Shown: in pieces, positions 20,627-30,434 of the stretch | Position numbering within the stretch: position 1 is the first letter of the stretch | How the letters are laid out: every line of letters starts with the position of its first letter | From: a bacterium | Lineage (GTDB): Bacteria; Zhuqueibacterota; Zhuqueibacteria; Residuimicrobiales; Krinioviventaceae | Direction of reading: 5' to 3' | Assembly: GCA_963675755.2 (NCBI GenBank) | Contig: CAXXMD010000001.1 | Location: forward strand, 64,001-128,000 | Length of the DNA: 64,000 bases | Program-made: the position numbers and the translations under genes | Notes under the pieces: model-generated | Database searches by the model: none | Seen by the model: the letters and a program-made list of their open reading frames with translations, nothing else | Told to the model about the DNA's origin: nothing

Positions 20627-20651
20627 AGTATTCTCCGGTTTGTATTACATT

Positions 20652-21416
20652 TTAAAATCCATTAATTAAAAAGCCCCCGTCAACTGCAATACATTGACCG
20701 GTAATATAAGAAGATGCCTGCATGCATAAAAAACATACCACTGAAGATATTTCTTCCGGTTCAGCAATTCTTTGCATGGGTGTACGGTCAAGTATTTCAT
20801 TGAGAGACTTTTCATTATCTATCAAAGGGGCTACCAGGGGTGTGCGGGTATACCATGGAGCAACTGCATTGACACGTATATTATCGGAAACCCATTCAAC
20901 TGCCAGGTTTCGGGTTAACTGATTTAAAGCTGCCTTGCTCATAGCATAGGGAGCACCTGTTTTTAAATGCGTGAATCCTGCAACAGACAATACATTGACC
21001 ACTGAACCGGAACCGGATTTTTTTAACAGGGGCCAAGCTTTCTGACAGAAATCAAATGCCGAATGCAGATTTGTATTCATGATGGTGTTATACTCGGCAG
21101 GGGTATATTCTACGGCTTTTTTTCTGATATTTGTCCCAACATTGTTGACAAGAATATCCATTGTTGGCCATATTTCTTTAATCTGGGTGAATAGATTTTC
21201 ACGATCCTGTTCATTGGATACATCAACTGCCATACCCCATGCATTATAACCTTTTTTTTGCCAGTTTTCAACAAGCTGATTTACCTGATCTTTATTTCTC
21301 GCTGTTATAAAAACTTGCCCACCAAGTCCCAGGATCTCGTTTGCAATGGCTAAGCCAATTCCCCTGGTTCCACCCGTAATCAAGGCCCGCTTGTTTTCAA
21401 GACGCCATTTGTTCAT
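20652..21416 (-). CDS. SDR oxidoreductase (tropinone reductase-like)
   Basis: [27 protein letters not shown]. Confidence 0.9.
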   Translation of the reverse strand: MNKWRLENKRALITGGTRGIGLAIANEILGLGGQVFITARNKDQVNQLVENWQKKGYNAWGMAVDVSNEQDRENLFTQIKEIWPTMDILVNNVGTNIRKKAVEYTPAEYNTIMNTNLHSAFDFCQKAWPLLKKSGSGSVVNVLSVAGFTHLKTGAPYAMSKAALNQLTRNLAVEWVSDNIRVNAVAPWYTRTPLVAPLIDNEKSLNEILDRTPMQRIAEPEEISSVVCFLCMQASSYITGQCIAVDGGFLINGF

Positions 21417-21567
21417 TTTTGCCTTTCAATAGAATATAATGAGAGTTATTAAAATAAAGCATAAATTATGTGTTTTTCAAGAAATATTTACGAGTTATGT
21501 GGAAAAATGTATGAATAGGGAAAATGAGTGCAGATGTTGTTTTTTGATCAAAATATGAATTATTATA

Positions 21568-21594
21568 AATAAAAGCGGGCCAATTTGGCCCGCT
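21568..21594 (-). terminator. Intrinsic terminator
   Basis: AGCGGGCCA-ATT-TGGCCCGCT hairpin followed by T-tract on the minus strand. Confidence 0.75.
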
Positions 21595-21612
21595 GGATTG
21601 ATAACTGGTGAT

Positions 21613-24600
21613 TTATTTAAGCAGAATACATTTGACGGTCCGGTTGTATTCCGGTGTTTGCATTCTGATAAAATACGTACCTGAAGAATGTTGCATTGCG
21701 TTCCAGGTGACTGTATATCGTCCCTGGGATTTTTGTTCATCAACAAGCATTTCAACCACGCTTCCGTTAATGTTGAAAATAGTTATGTTGATATGTTGTG
21801 CTTTTGGTACATCAAATGTGATTTGCGTTTGCGGATTAAACGGATTTGGATAATTAGAATACAGTTCAAACCTGTCTGGTGCCGCATTCATATTTGCTAT
21901 CCCGGTTGGAAACGCGACTTTGATAAAATCGGTTTTGGATAGCTTTGCTGTGCCACCTGGTCCTGATACAGTCAGTGTTACAGTAAATGTATCTGCCGAG
22001 GTATATTGGTGTGATGGATTTTGCTCTGAGCTGGATTCGCCATCTCCAAATTCCCATAACCACGATTCAATATTACCTGACGAACTGTCTGAGAATTGAA
22101 CTGTCAGGGGGACCGGACCTTCCATGACATCCGCTCCAAATTTTGCTACAGGTACAGCTTCTGTTACTATTACTGTATCTGATTTGCTGTCAGTACCATC
22201 ACTGCTGTTAACTGTCAAGGTTACCTTGAATGTGTCAACGTATTGAAAAGTATGTGAAGGATTTTGTTCCGTGCTGGATTCTCCATCTCCAAAATCCCAG
22301 TTCCAACTTGTGATATAACCAGTGGATTGGTCCTGAAAGTTTACTACCAGTGGCGCTTCACCCATATCTGTTGACATGGTAAAGTCAGCAACAGGGGGGA
22401 TTCCTGTTGGAATGTCAAGAATGACAATATATTGACTTTCTGCACCCTCTGCGCCAGCTGCCATGTTTCCGCCCAGTACGAGTTCACCTGCCGGTACCTC
22501 TTTTTGCCAAACATTCATGGGTGTGGAAAAATCACTAACCTGAATTTGATAAGCAGATGATGTGTAGTTTTCGGTTAACCAGTTTGGGGGAGACTCTGCC
22601 CGACGATCATAGGCGATGTAAACTGTTCCGGGATTATCTAAATCCAGAGTAATAAACTCTGTATCGGCATTATTTTTGTCTATATTGTTGGGTACAACCC
22701 ATACAAGATTTTCAAGATCATCCGGAATGCCTTCAAGATAATAATTACGATCAAGATAATAGTTGTCGCCTTCCTGCAGATATTTTAATTGATATTCTGC
22801 AGGTGTATTGATTGTGACCTGGCTAATTTCCTGATCATTGATGATCCGGTATGGTTTTAAACTAAAAGAATCTGGTTTAAGAAATCCTGACAGGTTTTCA
22901 TAGCTGAGCGAATGTCCCGGTGGTGTATTGAATCCAAACCAAAGCGACAATTCACCCGGTACCAGTGTTTGGGGATCATCATTGAGAATGATAAACAGTT
23001 CCTGCGTGTTTGCAAAATCTGAAATATTTTCCCAATTTTCTGTATCAACATTATGCTGATTGTTTATTGCATCTCCAATTGCAGCTTGAGGATTATTTAC
23101 ACCACTTCCCAACCCAATTGCCTGAATAGGTGCCTGGTCTAAATTGAGCTGCATTTTAACCGCGGTAACAATGTCAGAATCACTTTTTAAATACATGTTG
23201 AAAATATAGGGAGCAATCAGAATATCTGAAAAATTTTCTGCTCCATCAAGAACCAACATGCAATCCAGTTCTGTTTTTGTTAATGGAAGGTATCCGAAAT
23301 CGACAGTTTCTGAAAGAATTTCAGTTTGAATGTTGTACCCATCAATTATAAAGTGGGCGGGAGGGGCAGAAAATTCATCAAATAAATCATATAGTAATGT
23401 ATTACCGATAGAATTTGAAAAGCCCATCCACAAATAGACAGTTGATGCATGATGAGTAAACAAACCAATGTCCAATTCCATGTAAACATCTGCTGTTGCA
23501 GCATGAGTTGTCAAGTCTTCCCATGACTCTGAAATGGTATGCGCACTGGCCTGGTTGATACCTACCATAGCATTTGGTGATTCTTCATTCATATACGCAT
23601 AGCCTATGGCAGCATCCGGAATACTTTCAAGATGTGAAATGATTTTTGTGAAATTTTCGTTTTCACCAGATTGACTACTTAGAACAAAACGATAAACATA
23701 CGGTTGGTCAAACAATCCATTAAAAGCAGATGCACCATCCGCATCGAGTAAATCATCCAATTGCTCTTTTGTGATATTGTCATAATTGATAGCAATTTCA
23801 TTTTCTTCAAGCGAGATGATTTCGTATCCCTGTACATTTACAGTGACACCTCCGTCTCCCAGTTCCTGGTACAAAAGCTCTGCACCTAAACTGGAACCAA
23901 AGCCAACCCAAAGATTCAATGTGGCTGCAGAATGTACAACCCAATCTTCATCGAGTTCAACAAAAATATTATTGGCATTACAATATGTGGTAATATCTAC
24001 CCACTGGGCATCTGTTTCGAACTGGTAAGAATCTGCATACAATTCTGTACCGGCAACTGCAAATTCCTGTCCGTTAGTCTGTTCCAGTTGACCGATAATC
24101 ACATCTGCGATTTGTCCGAATTGTAATTTATTTTCAGAATTACCTTCGGTTACATTGGGACCACTCAAAGTGATCTGGTAGCAATATTGTTGATTAAACA
24201 GGTTCGCAAACGCACCGGCTCCCTGATTTTGTAATAATTGTTCCAATCCTGATTCTGTGATTGTTGAATAATTTATTGCAACGGATTGATCGATTGCATC
24301 AACAACATTATAACCATCAACCGTAACTTGTACACCACCTGCGGAAAGTTCCTGGTAAAGCAGATCTTCTCCCAGTGAAGTGTTCAAACCAATCCATAAA
24401 TGCAAGATGGCCGATGAATGTTGAATCCAATCTTCCATGAGACCAACATTTACATCGTTGGCATTACAGTATGTTGTAATGTCAATCCATTGTCCATCAG
24501 TGTCGAACTGATACGAATCTACATAGAGTTCAGTTCCAACCTCTGCCATTTCATTTCCGTTGGTTTGATCAAGTTTCCCAACAATTAAGGGTGCTATTTG

Positions 24601-25323
24601 ATCTAATAAAAGTTTGGTAACTGAGCTGCCTTCTGTTACCAGGGGACCTGTCATCGTAATGTGATAGACAAAATCCTGATCAAATTGATCTGATAATGCA
24701 CCTGCACCCGCATTTTGGAGTTGTTGGATCAATCCTGCAGGAGTTATTTGGGAATAATTGATATTTGCTGTTTTATCTATTGCGTCAACAACCTCATAGC
24801 CCTCAATTTCAACCGTAAATCCCCCGGCAGAGATATCCTGATAGGTAAGTTCTGGACCCAATGTTGAACTGAATCCCAACCATAATGCGATTTGAGCGCT
24901 TGAATGTGTTTGATAGTCTTCGTTTAAATCGACAAAAATATCGTTGGCGTTGCAAAATGTGGTAACATCAACCCAGTTAGACGGATCATCCAATTGGTAC
25001 CGGTTTTGTTCAGATGTGCCGACGAATCCGAATTCCAATCCTTCACCATCTAGTAATTTGCCAATAGCAGCATTGGCGGTGTTGTTGAATTGCAGCTGAG
25101 CGTTGGCAGTTTCTTCAGTAACCTGGGGACCGGTAAGTGTGATTTTGTAAATAAAATCAGAATCATCAAAAAGCCCCATAAAAGTAATAGCCCCGTCATC
25201 AGCGAGTTTGCTGCCCATGCCATCACGAACGACTTGTTCATAGGGAATAGGCATTGTTTCTGCATATACTACTGTAAATGAAAATAGAGATAACAGTAAA
25301 CATGCAACATGAGTTAACTTCAT
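21613..25323 (-). CDS. Large secreted protein: five ~162-aa repeats, one further unassigned domain, two PKD domains and a C-terminal sorting (T9SS-A/FlgD-like) domain
   Basis: Signal peptide; repeats at 486-nt period; WDFGDG/WEFGDG PKD motifs; NYPNPFNP C-terminal domain. Confidence 0.85.
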   Translation of the reverse strand: MKLTHVACLLLSLFSFTVVYAETMPIPYEQVVRDGMGSKLADDGAITFMGLFDDSDFIYKITLTGPQVTEETANAQLQFNNTANAAIGKLLDGEGLEFGFVGTSEQNRYQLDDPSNWVDVTTFCNANDIFVDLNEDYQTHSSAQIALWLGFSSTLGPELTYQDISAGGFTVEIEGYEVVDAIDKTANINYSQITPAGLIQQLQNAGAGALSDQFDQDFVYHITMTGPLVTEGSSVTKLLLDQIAPLIVGKLDQTNGNEMAEVGTELYVDSYQFDTDGQWIDITTYCNANDVNVGLMEDWIQHSSAILHLWIGLNTSLGEDLLYQELSAGGVQVTVDGYNVVDAIDQSVAINYSTITESGLEQLLQNQGAGAFANLFNQQYCYQITLSGPNVTEGNSENKLQFGQIADVIIGQLEQTNGQEFAVAGTELYADSYQFETDAQWVDITTYCNANNIFVELDEDWVVHSAATLNLWVGFGSSLGAELLYQELGDGGVTVNVQGYEIISLEENEIAINYDNITKEQLDDLLDADGASAFNGLFDQPYVYRFVLSSQSGENENFTKIISHLESIPDAAIGYAYMNEESPNAMVGINQASAHTISESWEDLTTHAATADVYMELDIGLFTHHASTVYLWMGFSNSIGNTLLYDLFDEFSAPPAHFIIDGYNIQTEILSETVDFGYLPLTKTELDCMLVLDGAENFSDILIAPYIFNMYLKSDSDIVTAVKMQLNLDQAPIQAIGLGSGVNNPQAAIGDAINNQHNVDTENWENISDFANTQELFIILNDDPQTLVPGELSLWFGFNTPPGHSLSYENLSGFLKPDSFSLKPYRIINDQEISQVTINTPAEYQLKYLQEGDNYYLDRNYYLEGIPDDLENLVWVVPNNIDKNNADTEFITLDLDNPGTVYIAYDRRAESPPNWLTENYTSSAYQIQVSDFSTPMNVWQKEVPAGELVLGGNMAAGAEGAESQYIVILDIPTGIPPVADFTMSTDMGEAPLVVNFQDQSTGYITSWNWDFGDGESSTEQNPSHTFQYVDTFKVTLTVNSSDGTDSKSDTVIVTEAVPVAKFGADVMEGPVPLTVQFSDSSSGNIESWLWEFGDGESSSEQNPSHQYTSADTFTVTLTVSGPGGTAKLSKTDFIKVAFPTGIANMNAAPDRFELYSNYPNPFNPQTQITFDVPKAQHINITIFNINGSVVEMLVDEQKSQGRYTVTWNAMQHSSGTYFIRMQTPEYNRTVKCILLK

Positions 25324-25383
25324 TAATCCTCCCAAAGTTATGGTGTGTTGAATGTTTAAAAAATTCCCTGAATCAAATTCAAT

Positions 25384-25400
25384 AGCAAAACATATACCAG
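25384..25400 (-). promoter_or_regulatory. sigma54 -24/-12 promoter CTGGTATATGTTTTGCT
   Basis: GG-N10-GC with TTGCT, about 60 bp upstream of the 25323 start. Confidence 0.6.
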
Positions 25401-25495
25401 ATTTTACAAATTGAGCAGAAAATAATTATTAATAATTTTTAAAGGAGTTATAATCCTGTGTGGTTTTTGAACAGAATTTGTTGAACTACATCAAC

Positions 25496-26077
25496 TCAAA
25501 ATCTAGTATTGTGAACTGGTAGTATAATTTGTTGACCGTCATTCAGAACGATAACCAGTTTTTGATAATCCCAGTTTTTTTCTTTTTTATCGGCTATAAT
25601 ATAGGCAATACCTGAATTTTTACTGCCATTTACCCTGAAATGTATCTCCGCATGTCCATTTTGGATAGAACCGTTCCACATTTTGCATTCTATGGGCTGC
25701 CCAAGTGCTTTGATAACGTCCGGATTATGAGAAATCTGTTCAACAGCTTGTTGATAAACTGTTGCTTTTGATAATTCATAGCGGATACCAAAGAATAATG
25801 AAGGTGGAAATATTGCCAGAAACAGTAATAAAATAATTATAATTTTAACAAACTTTTGTTCAAAGTGTGAGTCAATGGGATCGTGCTCTAATTCCAGGGC
25901 ATGAAAACCGATTTGTCTGCATTTTGGGCATCGCCGTAATATCAGTTTTTTCCCAAACGTACCTGCACGTACACCAAATGCACGTATACGTACAATCCCT
26001 GCATTTGCGGCATCCTGTGTGAAACCACATTTCCGGCAGCGAAGCTGCCAGCCAGGCGCGTAACCTTTGATATTCAT
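25496..26077 (-). CDS. Zn-ribbon, TM helix and Coa1-family domain protein
   Basis: CRKC...CPKC; TM helix; ALGQPI...GHAEIHFRVNGSKNSG. Confidence 0.65.
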   Translation of the reverse strand: MNIKGYAPGWQLRCRKCGFTQDAANAGIVRIRAFGVRAGTFGKKLILRRCPKCRQIGFHALELEHDPIDSHFEQKFVKIIIILLLFLAIFPPSLFFGIRYELSKATVYQQAVEQISHNPDVIKALGQPIECKMWNGSIQNGHAEIHFRVNGSKNSGIAYIIADKKEKNWDYQKLVIVLNDGQQIILPVHNTRF

Positions 26078-26176
26078 AATATGATAACCATTTCTTGAAA
26101 TATAAAGTGTTGTATAATTAAAACAATTTTGATATTTTTAAATATTTCAATAATTAAAAATAATGGGGACAGTTTA

Positions 26177-27223
26177 ATGCGGGGAATTATTTTAACTGGT
26201 TCGGGATTGTTTTTCAGTATTATTTTTCTATTTAACAGTTCATGCTTTAACAAGCAGGATCACGATATAACAAAGCCTAATGTGCCGGAATATATATTAT
26301 CCGGTTCAACATTGGATTATGTGACAGGTGAACCTGTGTCCAATACCCAAATTCGCGTTCAAGGCGTTGCAATGCTGTATGATATCAGTTTTCCCACTCA
26401 AACGATTACCTCTGACAGTGTGGGTAACTATATTATTGATCCTGTGTATCCCGGTAGTTATACTATACAAATTATAAAAGATGATTGTTTGTTAAAACCA
26501 CAAAATATTCAGATTGGCCACGAGGACCGCGAGTTTTCTTTAAATGTTCCGGAAATTCAATATGGTAATGTGTTTCCCCATGCTATAAAGTATGATCTTG
26601 ATGGGATATTCAGAATGGGAAGTAATAAACATCCATGCTTTGCTATTTATGGATTGCAGTGTTTAATCGTTTCCGAGTTTTGTGATATGGGGATTTCACT
26701 GGGGTATTACTTTTGTATTGCCAACCATACGCCAGCAAGGTGGCTTTATAAATCTTTTACAAAAATTGATTTTAATCCATCTGATATTTGGCAGTTAGAA
26801 GTTGACAGAGACCATTATTATGCAATTAAATATCCGGATTCCTTAATGGTTTTTGACAAATGGTCTATGAGCAGAATTGGGACTCATGCATTGGATATTC
26901 CGGTCAAGGATGTTGCATATAATCCCTATGATAAAGCTTTGTATGCCTGTACGGATTCATTATTATATCATTTGGAAGAAAATACATATAAAGCTGTCCT
27001 CGTTTCAGAATTGCCTCTAACTGGGATATCTGCAATGACATGGAATGATGATAAAGTATATTTATTGCGAAAATATGAGGACCTGGTTTATCAAATCAAC
27101 AAACAAATACAAATAGAAAAAATATATACAGTTGTAAATTCTTCTGATAATACTGTTTTGGACGATATTTATGATATACATTTTGACAGTTCTGACAGAT
27201 TCTGGGGAACGATAATGTATTAA
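26177..27223 (+). CDS. Lipoprotein: carboxypeptidase-regulatory-like domain plus probable beta-propeller (paralog 1)
   Basis: Lipobox Cys before FNKQD; GEPVSN...PGSYTI; beta-rich repeats; paralog at 27749. Confidence 0.75.
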   Translation: MRGIILTGSGLFFSIIFLFNSSCFNKQDHDITKPNVPEYILSGSTLDYVTGEPVSNTQIRVQGVAMLYDISFPTQTITSDSVGNYIIDPVYPGSYTIQIIKDDCLLKPQNIQIGHEDREFSLNVPEIQYGNVFPHAIKYDLDGIFRMGSNKHPCFAIYGLQCLIVSEFCDMGISLGYYFCIANHTPARWLYKSFTKIDFNPSDIWQLEVDRDHYYAIKYPDSLMVFDKWSMSRIGTHALDIPVKDVAYNPYDKALYACTDSLLYHLEENTYKAVLVSELPLTGISAMTWNDDKVYLLRKYEDLVYQINKQIQIEKIYTVVNSSDNTVLDDIYDIHFDSSDRFWGTIMY

Positions 27224-27225
27224 TG

Positions 27226-27253
27226 TTCATCCGGGAAGGGTTTCCCGGATGAA
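27226..27253. terminator. Hairpin/terminator TTCATCCGGGAA-GGGT-TTCCCGGATGAA
   Basis: Perfect 12-bp stem just after the stop at 27223. Confidence 0.75.
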
Positions 27254-27254
27254 T

Positions 27255-27274
27255 TTATGATTTGATCATGCTGT
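27255..27274. repeat. 20-bp direct repeat identical to the nfo 3' end (28801-28820)
   Basis: TTATGATTTGATCATGCTGT at both positions. Confidence 0.9.
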
Positions 27275-27406
27275 TAAGGGCTAAATTTTAGAATTGGGTA
27301 GATATTTTTTTGCAAATAGATTAACAAGTTATTAGAAAAATAGTTGATTCTCTTATTTTTTTTTTAAATTTTGTTAGTCTTGGGTGGCATAAAAAGGGGT
27401 TGCAAA

Positions 27407-27682
27407 ATGGATAAAATCAAGTCTTTTGGTATTTTTTTGTTATTAACAATAATTATTTATGGTGGTTTACAGATTGTTAAAGTTGAAACTGCCTTGGCTG
27501 ACATTCCACCAGATGCAGGGTGTGCTGCATGGAATCTATGTGGTCATCCGTGGAGTATTAATGAATGTGTGAGATGTTGGTGTGTTGGCGGTGATAATTG
27601 GTTTTGTGAATGCCATAATACTATTGACGATAGATATTATACTGTTTCTGATCCATATGGTTATACTTGTCCAATTCAATAA
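27407..27682 (+). CDS. Small secreted 8-Cys peptide precursor
   Basis: ATG 27407 after AAGGGG; signal peptide ending ...VETALA; mature part has 8 Cys. Confidence 0.75.
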   Translation: MDKIKSFGIFLLLTIIIYGGLQIVKVETALADIPPDAGCAAWNLCGHPWSINECVRCWCVGGDNWFCECHNTIDDRYYTVSDPYGYTCPIQ

Positions 27683-27748
27683 CTAATAAGTTAATTTAAT
27701 TTCACCCAAGACAATTATTTTTATTTCAGACATAATTGGAGCTGAATT

Positions 27749-28777
27749 ATGAGGAAATTGAGTTGTATTTATTTAATACTGTGTTTGATTTGTATGTCCT
27801 GTTTTAACAAACAGGACAATGATATAACAAAACCCAATGTACCGGAATATATTTTATCCGGTTCAACATTGGATTATGTGACGGGTGAACCTGTGCCCAA
27901 TGTTGGTGTAAATATTAAAGCTGTAATGTTAAATTATACAGTTGATTTTCCTGAACAATCAGTTCAATCTGATAGTTTAGGAAGATATGTTATAGACCCG
28001 GTTTATCCGGGTGGGTATACAATCAGCGTAGTTAAAGATAATTACAAGCTACACGAAAAGTCAATTCAAATTGAGCACGAGAATAGAGATCTGCTTTTAA
28101 ATATACCGGATATTTATTTTGGTCAAAAATTTCCTATAAATATGGAGCTTGATTTTAATACCAGTTTTATCCACTCAAACTTCGTTCACCCTTGTTTTGC
28201 AATTTATAATTTAGCTGGTTTATTTCCCTCTGAAAAATGGAGCGGGTTGGATTTTTTAGGTTATCATTTTTGCAAAAGTGGATATTTTGATTATACCTGG
28301 AAATGGCAATCTCATATAAAATTAGATTTTGATCCAACAGTGATTTGGCAGATGGAAATTGATCGAAATTTTTATATTGCTATGAAATATCCTGATTCAC
28401 TAATGATTTTTGACAAATGGACATCATCATTGTTGAATACTTTTTCTACAGGAACCATATTGAAGGACATTGCTTACAATCAGTATGATAATACATTATA
28501 TGCTTGTTCAGATTCAATGCTGTATTCGGTTGACATTGCTGGCAAAACTGTGACTGAATTGGCAAATTTACCTTTAACAGGTATACATTCTATGAGTTGG
28601 AATAATAATTTATTGTATTTATATAACAAGACAGAGAATTTGCTTTATAAAGTCAATTTACAACTACAAATCGATAACATATATGCTGTGATCAATCAGT
28701 CAACCGATTTGTTACTTTTGGATATTTATGATATGCATTTCGACAGCATGGACAGGCTTTGGTGTACAACCCTTTAA
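27749..28777 (+). CDS. Lipoprotein paralog 2 (carboxypeptidase-regulatory-like domain plus probable beta-propeller)
   Basis: Lipobox CMSC-FNKQD; colinear similarity to 26177-27223. Confidence 0.78.
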   Translation: MRKLSCIYLILCLICMSCFNKQDNDITKPNVPEYILSGSTLDYVTGEPVPNVGVNIKAVMLNYTVDFPEQSVQSDSLGRYVIDPVYPGGYTISVVKDNYKLHEKSIQIEHENRDLLLNIPDIYFGQKFPINMELDFNTSFIHSNFVHPCFAIYNLAGLFPSEKWSGLDFLGYHFCKSGYFDYTWKWQSHIKLDFDPTVIWQMEIDRNFYIAMKYPDSLMIFDKWTSSLLNTFSTGTILKDIAYNQYDNTLYACSDSMLYSVDIAGKTVTELANLPLTGIHSMSWNNNLLYLYNKTENLLYKVNLQLQIDNIYAVINQSTDLLLLDIYDMHFDSMDRLWCTTL

Positions 28778-28800
28778 TCATTAGTCAAGAGATAAATCAA

Positions 28801-29646
28801 TTATGATTTGATCATGCTGTAGAGTTTTTTAATCTCGTCTGCCCATACTTCGGGTTTTGGGGTTTCGAGTATCATGGGCATATCTTCAAAGCGCGGATCA
28901 TTCATGATGTACGAGAATGGATCCCATCCCAATGTACCTTCGCCCAGGGGAGCGTGACGGTCCACTCGGCTGCCAAGATCGGGTTTGGAATCGTTAAAGT
29001 GCCAGCCTTTGAGATATTTCATACCCACGATTGAATCAAAGTCGGACATGGTTTTGTCGTATGTTTCTTTTGTGCGAAAGTCGTAACCCGCAGTAAATGC
29101 ATGACATGTATCTATACATACGCCAACCCGTGATTTATTTTCAACTTTGTCAATAATGTATGCCAAATGCTCAAAGCGGTGGCCCACATGGTTTCCTTGT
29201 CCCGCGGTATTTTCAATCACTGCGATAACGTTCTCTGTTTTATCAATCGCCATGTTGATGGATTCAGCAATGTTATCCATAGCTTGTTCGTCGGTGATCT
29301 TGCCGAGTCCGCTGCCGGGATGAAAGTTGAGCAGGGTTAGCCCCAATTGTTCGCAGCGCTGCATTTCATCGAAAAAGGCGTTGCGGGATTTTTGCAGAGC
29401 TTCCGGATCGGGAGTACCGAGGTTTATGAGGTAACTATCGTGAGGAAGTATAAATTCAAGATCATAGCCGGTTTCCTCACAATTGGCTTTGAATTTTTCT
29501 ATATTTTCATCGGTCAGGGGTTTGGCGTTCCACTGACGTTGATTTTTGGTAAACAGGGCAAATGCTTTAGCATCTATTTTCTGCGCGTTGAGGGGTGCGT
29601 TTTCAACACCACCGGCTGCGCTTACATGTGCTCCCACTCGTTTCAT
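28801..29646 (-). CDS. nfo: Endonuclease IV
   Basis: [41 protein letters not shown]. Confidence 0.97.
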   Translation of the reverse strand: MKRVGAHVSAAGGVENAPLNAQKIDAKAFALFTKNQRQWNAKPLTDENIEKFKANCEETGYDLEFILPHDSYLINLGTPDPEALQKSRNAFFDEMQRCEQLGLTLLNFHPGSGLGKITDEQAMDNIAESINMAIDKTENVIAVIENTAGQGNHVGHRFEHLAYIIDKVENKSRVGVCIDTCHAFTAGYDFRTKETYDKTMSDFDSIVGMKYLKGWHFNDSKPDLGSRVDRHAPLGEGTLGWDPFSYIMNDPRFEDMPMILETPKPEVWADEIKKLYSMIKS

Positions 29647-29686
29647 GGTACGTCCTTTCGTATGTCAATTGGGATTTTCAAAACAA

Positions 29687-30127
29687 TCATCTTTTCCATC
29701 TTCCAACAATGCCGTACGCATATAATATTCCGATTATCAGTGCAACAATGGAAAATACAATATCACGAATGGGCACAGATGCCGGATTTTGAAAGTGCCA
29801 GATGGTCTGGTGCAGTACGGCTAATCCGCGTAGAATAAAAATAGCGGCAATGGTGAAGAGCCCTGTGCGAAGCAGGGGGAGCTTGCGGATTATTTTAGCA
29901 CCGGACAAGGCATAGAGACCCATTATTATGAATATCAGAGTTACAAAAAGTGTAATCCAAACCGGGTACCACGAACCAGATGTTGCCATATCTGCCATTT
30001 TATCCCCGGCTCCGAAATAGATGTACCATGCGGGACCACCGATAATAATAGCAATGTGCAGTGCGGCAATGGTGAACAGGCATATTGCTGCAATCTTGAA
30101 AGCAATGATTTGTTTTTTTGTTGTCAT
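29687..30127 (-). CDS. 4-TM membrane protein (DUF3995-like)
   Basis: GGPAWYIYFGAG, YALSGAK..RKLPLL. Confidence 0.65.
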   Translation of the reverse strand: MTTKKQIIAFKIAAICLFTIAALHIAIIIGGPAWYIYFGAGDKMADMATSGSWYPVWITLFVTLIFIIMGLYALSGAKIIRKLPLLRTGLFTIAAIFILRGLAVLHQTIWHFQNPASVPIRDIVFSIVALIIGILYAYGIVGRWKR

Positions 30128-30434
30128 GATTTTCTCTGAATGTTTGAACAATATGGGGATATTTTATTGTTTTTGCAACGGGATTGTTTGAGATGTTCTA
30201 GATTTGATTACACAATATGCAAGAGAGCCTGAGTAGTGCTGAGCTGGAATTGTCATGTGAAAATGAAATGAAATAAAAGATTGAATTGTCTAACCGATAG
30301 AATTTGACAGATTTTGTTTGATTAGAATTTAAAATTTATTTTTTTGACTTTTCTGACATTGGTTTGATCAAGTGTTTCAATATATAATACAGAATTAATA
30401 ATCTGATGTTTTTTATTACTCATAGGAGGAATCT

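Noticed and set aside
27356-27365. T10 tract in the putative promoter spacer as a phase-variation switch
   Set aside because: Long A/T runs are frequent in intergenic DNA throughout this window; needs read-level evidence
27660-27720. Possible integron attC site after the peptide gene
   Set aside because: No convincing RYYYAAC...GTTRRRY pair with internal symmetry, and no integrase
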